A stretch of 24,086 nt of DNA from the IMG/VR virus record IMGVR_UViG_3300043472_000009, positions 1-24,086 of that record; one strand, given 5' to 3'. The notes under the pieces are model-generated. The model saw only the letters and a list, made by a program, of their open reading frames with translations, ran no database searches and was not told the DNA's origin. The position numbers were made by a program, and so were the translations under genes. The stretch comes from a virus (Duplodnaviria > Caudoviricetes). Below are positions 7,547 to 15,511 of the stretch, in pieces; position 1 is the stretch's first letter, and each line of letters opens with the position of its first letter.

Positions 7547-9661
7547 GTGACCGCCCCAACGTCACCGAACGGTTACGTCGACCCGTACCTGCTGGGCGAC
7601 AGCCAGTACGCGTCGCTGTACCTGGACATCCTCGAACACGTCCCGGACCTGACGTTCCCCCTGTCGATCCCCGTGTACGCCCGGATGCGGCGCGACCCGA
7701 AACTGGCGTCGATCCTGCAGTCGTGGACGTTGAACCTGCGCCGTGCGCAGTGGCAGCTGGACCCGGCGGGGTGCCGGCCACGGGTGGTGCAGCTCGTCGC
7801 CGACGGCATGGGTTTGGCTGTGAAAGGCAAGGACAAGCCTGGCGCGGCGAGGATGCGCGGCCCGTCGTGGGGCGAGCATCTGGCGGCGGCGCTGCGGATG
7901 GTGCCGTTCGGGTTCTCCGCGTTCGAACTTGAAGCGGACGTGTCCGACGGTAAAACCGCGAAGCTGTCCGGGCTGTGGGAACGCCCCCAGTGGACGATTT
8001 CCCACTTGCACGTCGACGGGAAGACTGGCCTGCTCGCCGGGGTCACCCAGGACGGCGCCTACAACGACAAGTCTCCGCAGATCTTGGCGAAGAACATGGC
8101 GTTCTACGTGCGGGACCGTGAGGGTGCGAACTGGGCGGGGCATTCGCTGCTGCGTTCCTCTTACGCTTCCTGGCTGATCAAGGAGGAGGTTCGTCGGGCC
8201 TACGCCGTGGCGAACGTCCGCTGGTCTGCTGGTGTCCCCGTCATGGAGGCGTTGCCGGGTACCAACCCGACACCCACCCAGATGGCCGAAGCCCAGCAGA
8301 TGGCCTCCGCGTCCCGGGCCGGTATCACCGCAGGCGCATCAACCCCTCCCGGCTTCTCCATGAAAATCCTGGGCATCACCGGGTCGTTGCCTCCCACGCA
8401 GGAGTTCCTGCGCTGGCTCGACGAGCAGATGACCGCGAGTGCCCTACTCGGTGTCCTCGACCTCGGGCAGTCCGCCCACGGCTCCCGCGCCTTGGGGGAG
8501 ACGTTCCTCGACAGTTTCCACCTCGCCCTCGAATCCGAAGGCGAACTCGTCGCGGACGTCGCCACCCGGCAGATCGCGGCGCAGATCGTCAACTGGAACT
8601 TCGGTGAGGACGAACCTGTCCCCCGCGTGGTCGTGTCTGGGATCGGTGACCGCCGTGAGGTGACCGCCGAGTCCCTGCAACTGCTGCTGTCTTCTGGTGC
8701 ACTGGCCGCAGACCCGAACCTTGAGGCGTGGGTGCGCCGGGAGTACCGGCTCCCCGAACGGGACGAGTCCGAGAAACCGCCGCCCGCCCTGAATGGTGTC
8801 GACCTGCCCGGCAAGGCCCCGCAGCCACCGGCCGACCAGGCTCCCGCAGCCCAGCCGGTGAAGGCGTCGGCGAGACCGCGGTCACCCCGCCGTCAGGCCT
8901 CGGCCCAGCCGAGTTTGTTCGCGGCGGCAGAGGACCCTCACGGGGGCGCCGCCCGAATTCAGGCGCAGTGGGTGCAGGCGAAAGCGGACCTGCTCGCGCA
9001 GTGGCCTGCGGCGGCCCAGCCGATGGTGGACGAGCTCACCGACCAGGCCGAAACGGCAGTGCAGGACGACGACCTGGGTGCGCTCGGATCGTTGGCGGTG
9101 TCGGCTGGTGTGCTGGCCGCGGTGGCGTTGTTGCTGAACAGGACCGGTGGGGGCCTGGCAGTGGACGCGGCATCAGGGGTGGTCGCCGAGGCGGCCGCGC
9201 AGGGTGTCAGCATCACGTCCCCGGCGAAGGCAGGAGCGGAGCGGGTCCGGCAGACCGCAGACGCGGTGGCCCGGATCATCGCCTCCGGATACGCATCCGG
9301 TGCCGCCCGGGCGGCCCTGCAGCTCGCGGGCGCGGATCCGGCCACAGTTCGAGACACGGTCTCCGCCCATCTCGCCGACCTGGGCGCCAGTAGCAACGGC
9401 CTCGTCGGCGACAACGTGGGCGCCCTACTGTCGGCCGCCCAATACGCAGGCCGGCTGGCTGTTCTCGAGGAGCATCCGGCGAACTCATACGTGAGTGTCG
9501 AGAAGAACGACGTTAATGAATGCGTCGAATGCGCCAAGGTCTCGGGCACCCAGTACGACACGTTGGCCGAAGCCCTCGCCGACTACCCCGCCGGCGGTTC
9601 CTATAGGTCATGCCTCGGTCGCAGCAGGTGTAGAGGTTACGTCAAACCGGTCTTCAACTGA
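7547..9661 (+). CDS. Portal protein (Mu gp29/DUF935-like) with C-terminal MuF-like extension
   Basis: YARMRRDP, FGFSAFE, G.SLLR..Y..WLIK, GS.ALGE and IVNWNFG..EPVP portal motifs over ~405 aa; Pro/Ala linker; C-terminal CVEC...CLGRSRCRG. Confidence 0.85.
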   Translation: MTAPTSPNGYVDPYLLGDSQYASLYLDILEHVPDLTFPLSIPVYARMRRDPKLASILQSWTLNLRRAQWQLDPAGCRPRVVQLVADGMGLAVKGKDKPGAARMRGPSWGEHLAAALRMVPFGFSAFELEADVSDGKTAKLSGLWERPQWTISHLHVDGKTGLLAGVTQDGAYNDKSPQILAKNMAFYVRDREGANWAGHSLLRSSYASWLIKEEVRRAYAVANVRWSAGVPVMEALPGTNPTPTQMAEAQQMASASRAGITAGASTPPGFSMKILGITGSLPPTQEFLRWLDEQMTASALLGVLDLGQSAHGSRALGETFLDSFHLALESEGELVADVATRQIAAQIVNWNFGEDEPVPRVVVSGIGDRREVTAESLQLLLSSGALAADPNLEAWVRREYRLPERDESEKPPPALNGVDLPGKAPQPPADQAPAAQPVKASARPRSPRRQASAQPSLFAAAEDPHGGAARIQAQWVQAKADLLAQWPAAAQPMVDELTDQAETAVQDDDLGALGSLAVSAGVLAAVALLLNRTGGGLAVDAASGVVAEAAAQGVSITSPAKAGAERVRQTADAVARIIASGYASGAARAALQLAGADPATVRDTVSAHLADLGASSNGLVGDNVGALLSAAQYAGRLAVLEEHPANSYVSVEKNDVNECVECAKVSGTQYDTLAEALADYPAGGSYRSCLGRSRCRGYVKPVFN

Positions 9662-9678
9662 ACAAGGGGTGATCCCGG

Positions 9679-9933
9679 ATGCGTGATCTGACCGGTCGGC
9701 ATCCGGGTACCACCGGCATCGCCGGCTACTTCACCTTCGAACATCTGCCGCCGCACCTGCAGGCCATCTCGAAGCCGTGCCATGACCTGGCCGAACAGAT
9801 GATCGAAGCCCTGCCGGACTGCCCGGAACTGACCGCGGGTCTTCGGAAGCTACTCGAGGCGAAGGACTGCTTCGTTCGGGTCGCGGTGGACGCCATGAAG
9901 CCGAAGGTGACGCTCGGCGGTCCAGATGCCTGA
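9679..9933 (+). CDS. Small helical-hairpin protein, Acb2/Tad1-like (tentative)
   Basis: 84 aa: YFTFEHLPPHLQAISKPCHDLAEQMIEALPDCPELTAGLRKLLEAKDCFVR; good SD; overlaps the next gene. The gene is solid, the family call is tentative. Confidence 0.6.
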   Translation: MRDLTGRHPGTTGIAGYFTFEHLPPHLQAISKPCHDLAEQMIEALPDCPELTAGLRKLLEAKDCFVRVAVDAMKPKVTLGGPDA

Positions 9934-12097
9934 CACCGAACTCGCCCGCCGGACCGGCGTGGAACTCGTACGAACAGGATCCTGGCAACTGCGTTCCGGG
10001 AGTTGGAACCCGACCCGGCAGGACATCCTCGCCGCCATCGAAGCCCAGAACTGCCCCGCCGTGCGACGCCCCCGGATCAAGCTCGGACACACCGATGAGC
10101 GTTTCGCCGGGGATGGTGAGCCGGCGCTCGGCTGGTTCGAGAACATGCGCACCAGCGACGGCGGGCACACCCTGGTCGCCGATCAGGTGGCGCTGCCCTG
10201 GCTGTCCTCAGTGCAGGCCGCCGCCTACCCGGACCGCTCAGTGGAGGGCAACTACCAGCACCGCTGCGCACTCGGGCACACTCATCCGTTCGTCATCACC
10301 GCCGTGGCGCTGCTCGGCGTGACTCCGCCTGGGGTATCCACGCTGAGGTCGCTGCAAGATCTGCCCGACATGCTCGGTGTCGCCGCGTCCGAAGAGGTCC
10401 CCGACGGCGCCCAGCACGTACAGGTCACCATCCGCGCCGCTGCCGACGTGCACACCGGGGCGATGGTCGCCCTCATCCCCATCGCCGAGGACGCCGCGCG
10501 CCTCGCGGTCCAGGGTGGCGAACCGCCCGAACAGCTACACGTCACCCTCGCCTACCTGGGTGAAGCTGCCGACCTCGGCGCGCAAGGCCAGCAGGACGTC
10601 ATCGACCAGGTGTCCACCGCCGCAAACGGCCTGCCCGTCATCGACGCCGACGTTTTCAGCGTCGCCGTGTTCAACCCCGGCGACGCCAGCGACCGTGAAC
10701 CCTGCCTCGTCTACGGCCTGTCCGGCGACATGCTCGACGCCGTCCACGACCTCATCGACGAATCCTTGTCCGGCGCCCCGATCCCGGAGCAGTTACGGCC
10801 GTGGAACGCGCACATGACCGCCGTGCATACCGATGACCTCACGAAACTCGGTGGTCTCGCTGCCGGTGTCGGCCCGGTCCGGTTCGACCGGCTACGCCTG
10901 GCGTTCGCCGGTGAGCACGTCGACATTCCGCTGATCGGTGAGCCAGACGCCACCGACCCCTATTCCGCGGATCCCATGCTCGTTGCTGCCGCGGGCATGG
11001 ACGACGACCAATTGAAAAAGTACTGGCTGCGCGGTGACGGGTTGAAGCGCTGGGCGGACGCAGCGCATCCGTGGACCACCCTCTATCGGCTGATCTTGAA
11101 GCACGTCAAGGACCCGGACAAGGCTAAACGCATCGCCAGCGACTGGTACCGAGCCCACTTCGGCCACATGCCTAACCAGAAGAAGGGCGTCAAGGCTGGC
11201 GCCGGAAACGGAGCCACACCCATGCCGTCCCGCGCTGAACTCGTACGCGCAGCCTGGAACACCTCAGGCGCCCCGGTGCAGAAGTGGGTGCAGGAAGCCC
11301 GCCCCGACGCCGCCGTGGTCGTGGACGACACCGACCCGGACAGTCGCACCTACGAGCTGTACCCGGTGACGTTCGCCGGCGACACCGTCCAGTTCGGTGA
11401 CCCGCAGCCGTACGACCCGGCCGCCGACAAGGCTCTGGTGTTCGCGTCCGCAGCCGAATCCCGGCCCGGCGATCCACTCCCGGATCCCGCCCCTGCCGAC
11501 ACTCAGAAGCCGCCCACCGAGGCGGCTTCTTCCATTCTCCCGGCCGCCGAGCCGGAGCCAGAAGAAACCCCCGATCCGAAGGAGGGCCTTGTGTCCACCG
11601 ATCTGAGCGCATTCCGCTCGCGGCTCGGCCTCGACGACACCGCCGACGAAGCAGCCCTGCTGACTGCTTTCGACGAGCGGCTGACGAAGGCCGAGGCTCC
11701 CGTCGAGCCCACCCCCGAAATGGTCGCCGCATCTGCCGCAGCCGAAACCGAGAAGGGCGAACTCCGCAAGGAGGTTCAGGTCCTGGCGTCGCGGATGGAG
11801 CAGGTCACCACCGAGCTCGCCACCGCGAAGGCAGAGAAAGCCGCGACGGTGAAGGCCAGCGTGTTCGACGGCGCCATCAAAGACGGCAAGATCACTGTGG
11901 CTGAGCGTGAGACCTGGGAGAAGGACTACGACGAGGCGCCCGCCGCGGTCACCCGCGTCCTCGCCTCCATCGCCGTCGGCACCGCCGTGCCGGTCCTGGC
12001 GTCCGGCTCGATCGGCGACCCGGAGCCGTCCGGCACCGACGACGAGTTCGAAGCCATGATCGCCCGCCTTGACAGCCCCACCGGAAAGGTGGCGTGA
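9926..12097 (+). CDS. Multidomain prohead protease/scaffold with internal 2H phosphoesterase domain
   Basis: N-terminal Mu-I-like protease (IKLGH, PALGW, YPDRSVE, AVALLG.TPP); 2H motifs LHVTL (10538) and AHMTA (10811); C-terminal acidic coiled-coil scaffold (AIKDGKIT.AER..W). Confidence 0.85.
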   Translation: MPDTELARRTGVELVRTGSWQLRSGSWNPTRQDILAAIEAQNCPAVRRPRIKLGHTDERFAGDGEPALGWFENMRTSDGGHTLVADQVALPWLSSVQAAAYPDRSVEGNYQHRCALGHTHPFVITAVALLGVTPPGVSTLRSLQDLPDMLGVAASEEVPDGAQHVQVTIRAAADVHTGAMVALIPIAEDAARLAVQGGEPPEQLHVTLAYLGEAADLGAQGQQDVIDQVSTAANGLPVIDADVFSVAVFNPGDASDREPCLVYGLSGDMLDAVHDLIDESLSGAPIPEQLRPWNAHMTAVHTDDLTKLGGLAAGVGPVRFDRLRLAFAGEHVDIPLIGEPDATDPYSADPMLVAAAGMDDDQLKKYWLRGDGLKRWADAAHPWTTLYRLILKHVKDPDKAKRIASDWYRAHFGHMPNQKKGVKAGAGNGATPMPSRAELVRAAWNTSGAPVQKWVQEARPDAAVVVDDTDPDSRTYELYPVTFAGDTVQFGDPQPYDPAADKALVFASAAESRPGDPLPDPAPADTQKPPTEAASSILPAAEPEPEETPDPKEGLVSTDLSAFRSRLGLDDTADEAALLTAFDERLTKAEAPVEPTPEMVAASAAAETEKGELRKEVQVLASRMEQVTTELATAKAEKAATVKASVFDGAIKDGKITVAERETWEKDYDEAPAAVTRVLASIAVGTAVPVLASGSIGDPEPSGTDDEFEAMIARLDSPTGKVA
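11591..12097 (+). CDS. Putative in-frame internally initiated scaffold protein (168 aa)
   Basis: AAGGAGGG directly before an in-frame GTG at 11591, right after the Pro/Glu linker. Confidence 0.6.
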   Translation: MSTDLSAFRSRLGLDDTADEAALLTAFDERLTKAEAPVEPTPEMVAASAAAETEKGELRKEVQVLASRMEQVTTELATAKAEKAATVKASVFDGAIKDGKITVAERETWEKDYDEAPAAVTRVLASIAVGTAVPVLASGSIGDPEPSGTDDEFEAMIARLDSPTGKVA

Positions 12098-12099
12098 CC

Positions 12100-12459
12100 A
12101 TGGGTTCCTACGAACCGAAATTCCTGTACTCCGACGCCGTCACCGGCACCGCGTCGGCGACCATCACCGGCGGGCAGATCCTCATCGTCTCCGGCAACGG
12201 CACCGTCGGCCCCGCCGGTGCGTCCGGTGCCGCCGTCATCGGTGTCGCCGCGTTCGACGCCGTCAACGGTGACCGGGTCACCTACTTCCCCCGCGGGAAG
12301 GTTCACATCACCACCGCCTCCGGCGCGATCACCGCTGCGGCCCGGGTCGACGCCGGCGCCGCTGGCACCGTCGCGTCCGCGTCAAGTGCGCTCACCAACA
12401 TCGGTATCGCGCTGACCACGGCCATCGACACGGGCCCCTGCGAGTGGATGGAGATCTGA
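12100..12459 (+). CDS. Head decoration/capsid cement protein (DUF2190-like)
   Basis: Small Ala/Gly/Thr-rich protein with TASATIT.GQ, IGVAAFDA..GD.V, ASGAITA and IGIAL; lies between scaffold and capsid genes. Start is 12094 or 12100. Confidence 0.8.
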   Translation: MGSYEPKFLYSDAVTGTASATITGGQILIVSGNGTVGPAGASGAAVIGVAAFDAVNGDRVTYFPRGKVHITTASGAITAAARVDAGAAGTVASASSALTNIGIALTTAIDTGPCEWMEI

Positions 12460-12525
12460 TCTCCGCATGACCGTGCCATCCCCCAGGGGGCACGTGCACC
12501 GCCCCTGAACAGGCTTGCTCTCCAA

Positions 12526-12555
12526 GGCCCCACGCATTGCGTGCCGGGCCTTTTT
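12526..12555 (+). terminator. Intrinsic terminator-like hairpin upstream of the capsid gene
   Basis: GGCCC-CACGCA-T-TGCGTG-CC-GGGCC followed by TTTTT. Confidence 0.6.
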
Positions 12556-12596
12556 CGTGTGCCCGGCAACCGGGCGAATCTGAAAGGTGACCCCGA

Positions 12597-13532
12597 ATGC
12601 CGGGCGCATACCCCCCGAGCGGACCCTCGCTCTCCGGTGACCTGCTCACCATCCACCGTCTCCTGCTGAGCCCTACCTACCTGCAGCGTCGGCTGCGGAC
12701 CATTGCCGAACTGCGGTTCGTCGCCGACCGGATCCTCACCCAGCGGCTGCGTTCCGCCGGCGGCGCGGTCGCCTACGAAACGTCGGAGCCGATCGTCAAC
12801 GCCCGGGCCATCGAGGCTGTTGCGGCCGGTTCGGAGTACCCGCGGGACACCCCCGCCGACGGCACCGCCGCCCTGGCGAAGGTGTCCAAGTGGGGCCAGG
12901 CCGTGCAGCTGACCGACGAGAAGCTGAAGCGCTCCGTGTACATGGGTGACGAACTGAACCGCACCCTGCGCAAGGTCGCGAACACCGTCATCCAGAAGGT
13001 CGACAAGCTGACCACGGCGGCTGTCGGTTCGGCGGTCACGAACACCGTCGCGGCGACCGCGGCGTGGAACGCGGCCTCCCCCGCCCTGTTCCGGGATGTG
13101 GAGCTGGGCGGCGCGAAGATCGTCGACCAGAACATGGGTTACGTGCCGAACACGGCGCTGATGTCGACGACGAAGTACGCGATGCTCGTCACCGACCCGG
13201 CGATCGCCGCGCTGCGCCGCCGCGAGGACAACTCGAACCCGATCTACGGCGGGGAGATCGAGTCGCTGGGCAAGTACCAGATCATCGCTACCGCCGCGAG
13301 CAACCTGCCGTCGGATGACGTGTGGGTGTTTGACCGTGACGCCCTCGGCGGGATGGCCGACGAGATCGAGGTCGACCCGGGCTACGCGACGATGGACAAC
13401 AACCTGCAGTACCAGAACGAGCGCATCGCGAAACGCGACGCCTGGGACATCTGGGCGCGGCGCATCACCGTCCCGGTCATCCTGGAACCGGCCGCAGCGG
13501 TGAAGATCACCGGCACTGGGGCGCTGGGCTGA
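12597..13532 (+). CDS. Major capsid protein (HK97 fold)
   Basis: 311 aa; VA.GSEYP, KVSKWG..VQLTDE, Y.PNT.LM and VPVILEP.AAVKITG; position after the decorator; GAAAGG SD. Confidence 0.88.
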   Translation: MPGAYPPSGPSLSGDLLTIHRLLLSPTYLQRRLRTIAELRFVADRILTQRLRSAGGAVAYETSEPIVNARAIEAVAAGSEYPRDTPADGTAALAKVSKWGQAVQLTDEKLKRSVYMGDELNRTLRKVANTVIQKVDKLTTAAVGSAVTNTVAATAAWNAASPALFRDVELGGAKIVDQNMGYVPNTALMSTTKYAMLVTDPAIAALRRREDNSNPIYGGEIESLGKYQIIATAASNLPSDDVWVFDRDALGGMADEIEVDPGYATMDNNLQYQNERIAKRDAWDIWARRITVPVILEPAAAVKITGTGALG

Positions 13533-14023
13533 TGGCCACCCAATATCAGGTGGTCGCCGAATGCGCCCACGTCACCGTCAACACGCCGTCAGGGCGGATG
13601 CTCACCCTGCTCCTCAAGGGTGCCCTGGCCCCGGCGGACGCCCCCGAACTGGAGCGCCTGCTGGACCTGGGCTACGTCGCGAAGGTCGGCGTCGACGAGA
13701 CCGGCGGCGTGGACGCGGCGGGTATCCCGTCGGGTGCGTACACGTCGGACGTTCCGGCATCTGTCACGTCCACGCCGGTGCCGAAGTCTGAGGCTCAGGT
13801 GAAGGCCGACGCGGAGGCTGCGGACAAGGCGAAGGCCGACGCCGAGGTTGCGGAGAGGCGTGCCGCGGCGAAGGCGAAGCTGCCGGAGGACGGTTCCGTC
13901 CCGGACGGTCGCGCCGGTAAGGACGTGTTCGTCGAGTACCTGGCCGGTAAGGGCTACGACTACGACGAGCTGATTAAGCAGGAGAAGCCGGAGTTGCAGA
14001 AGCTGGCAGCTCAGCAGTCCTGA
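13532..14023 (+). CDS. Head-associated protein with C-terminal HeH/Rho-N-like helical motif
   Basis: TGATG coupling to the capsid gene; ERLLDLGYV motif, Ala/Lys linker, and KDVFVEYLA...KPELQKLA. Confidence 0.7.
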   Translation: MATQYQVVAECAHVTVNTPSGRMLTLLLKGALAPADAPELERLLDLGYVAKVGVDETGGVDAAGIPSGAYTSDVPASVTSTPVPKSEAQVKADAEAADKAKADAEVAERRAAAKAKLPEDGSVPDGRAGKDVFVEYLAGKGYDYDELIKQEKPELQKLAAQQS

Positions 14024-14086
14024 CATGAGTGTGGCGTCGGCTGGTCCGCTTCGACTGGCCGGCGCCCGCACCCCGAGGAGGGGTTC

Positions 14087-14236
14087 ATGGTCGCTGTTCT
14101 TGCCCTGATCGGTGTCGTCTTCCTGTTCCTGGCCGGTGTTGGGGTGGCCGGACCTAGGTTCGTGCCGGGTTGGCTGGGTCTGGCCTTTGTCGCCCTCGCC
14201 GTGTTGTGGGCTCCGATCGTCGCCCTTGCCGGGTAG
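14087..14236 (+). CDS. 49-aa two-TM membrane protein (absent from the ORF track)
   Basis: GAGGAGGGG SD then MVAVLALIGVVFLFLAGVGVAGPRFVPGWLGLAFVALAVLWAPIVALAG*. Confidence 0.7.
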   Translation: MVAVLALIGVVFLFLAGVGVAGPRFVPGWLGLAFVALAVLWAPIVALAG

Positions 14237-14313
14237 GGCTACCCACCTCCGGTTTCTGACTTTTCGCTTGCCGCTTCGGGCGGTCATTTCTGCATGCCCG
14301 AGGAGGGCTTTCG

Positions 14314-14949
14314 ATGCCTGTAGTCCAAGCACAGATTTTTGCGAAGGCATGGCTGTCTCTGCTCAACAAGACGGCGGATCTTGACAGTGACGCCCTTAAA
14401 TGTTCCCTGCATACGACCACGTACACCCCGTCCATCAACGCTGACCAGTTTGTGTCCGACCTGGCCGGTGAGCTCTCCACCGCCTCCGGTTACACGTCCG
14501 GCGGCGCCACCGTCACCGGCTCGTTCGCTCTGACTGTGGCGAACTCGTGGGCGTCGCAGTGGGCCGCCTCGACTGCGTTCACCGTCGGGCAGGTGCGACG
14601 TCCGACGACCGGCAACGGCTTCCTGTACCGGGTCGCCGTCGCAGGCACCTCATCTGGTTCCGCACCCACCTTCCCGACGGTGGTGGGTACGACCGTCGCC
14701 GACGGCGGCGTGACCTGGGTGTGCATCGGCACGGCGATCGTGGTCCTGGACTTGACGGACGCGACCCTGTGGTCGTCGTTCAGCGCGGGCCCGTACCGGT
14801 ATGCGGTGGTGTCCGACCGCACCCCTGGCACGGCGGCGACGCAGCCGCTGATCTGCCTGTTCGACTTCGGGTCAAACCAGACCGGCGGCGGCGGCAACTT
14901 TGACCTCAGTACGCCCGTCGAGGGCATCCTGACGATCCCGGTCGGCTGA
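14314..14949 (+). CDS. Putative virion structural protein with inserted small carbohydrate-binding-like module
   Basis: GAGGAGG SD; DLDSD.LK..L...GYTSGG...PLICLFDFG core with the insert WAASTAFTVGQ...DGGVTWVCIG (14560-14730). Confidence 0.7.
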   Translation: MPVVQAQIFAKAWLSLLNKTADLDSDALKCSLHTTTYTPSINADQFVSDLAGELSTASGYTSGGATVTGSFALTVANSWASQWAASTAFTVGQVRRPTTGNGFLYRVAVAGTSSGSAPTFPTVVGTTVADGGVTWVCIGTAIVVLDLTDATLWSSFSAGPYRYAVVSDRTPGTAATQPLICLFDFGSNQTGGGGNFDLSTPVEGILTIPVG

Positions 14950-14950
14950 C

Positions 14951-15472
14951 GTGACGACTGGGAGCGTGATCCTGACTCCGGGCAGCGCGACGCTCCCGGA
15001 CGGCACTACCAACAATGCCGCTCCGGCGATGCAGCGGGTCAAGTCGTCGGCGACCGCGCCGGGCATCTACGCCCTCCAGCTCGCTTTTGACGCCTCGACC
15101 GAGGAGTGGGTGACCTGGTCGTTTCGGATGCCCGACGACTACGCCTCCGGGCCGGTGCTGAAGGTACTGTGGAAAGCGACGTCCGCGACTTCCGGCGGTG
15201 TGGTGTGGGACGGCCGGGTCAGCGCCACGTCGTCCGGCGACAGCCAGGACGTGGACGCGCAGGACTTCGACTCGGCGAACACGGCGACCGGTACTGCTCC
15301 GGGCACTGCGGGCTATCTACTCGAAACGTCGATCACCCTCACCAATGCTGACTCGGTGGCGGCCGGTGATTTCGTGGTGATCCGACTGGCCCGGGCTGCG
15401 GCGAACGGATCAGACACAGCCACTGGCGACGCTGAAATGATGATGGCTGCGCTCAGCTACACCACGACGTAG
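14951..15472 (+). CDS. Putative beta-sandwich virion protein
   Basis: Thr/Ala/Ser-rich; LAFD..T.E....F.MPDDY.SG and AGD.V.IRL.R...DT..GDA; coupled to the upstream gene. Confidence 0.65.
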   Translation: MTTGSVILTPGSATLPDGTTNNAAPAMQRVKSSATAPGIYALQLAFDASTEEWVTWSFRMPDDYASGPVLKVLWKATSATSGGVVWDGRVSATSSGDSQDVDAQDFDSANTATGTAPGTAGYLLETSITLTNADSVAAGDFVVIRLARAAANGSDTATGDAEMMMAALSYTTT

Positions 15473-15511
15473 TAGGGGGCCGAGATGACCGCTTCCGAGG
15501 ACGGCTGACCC

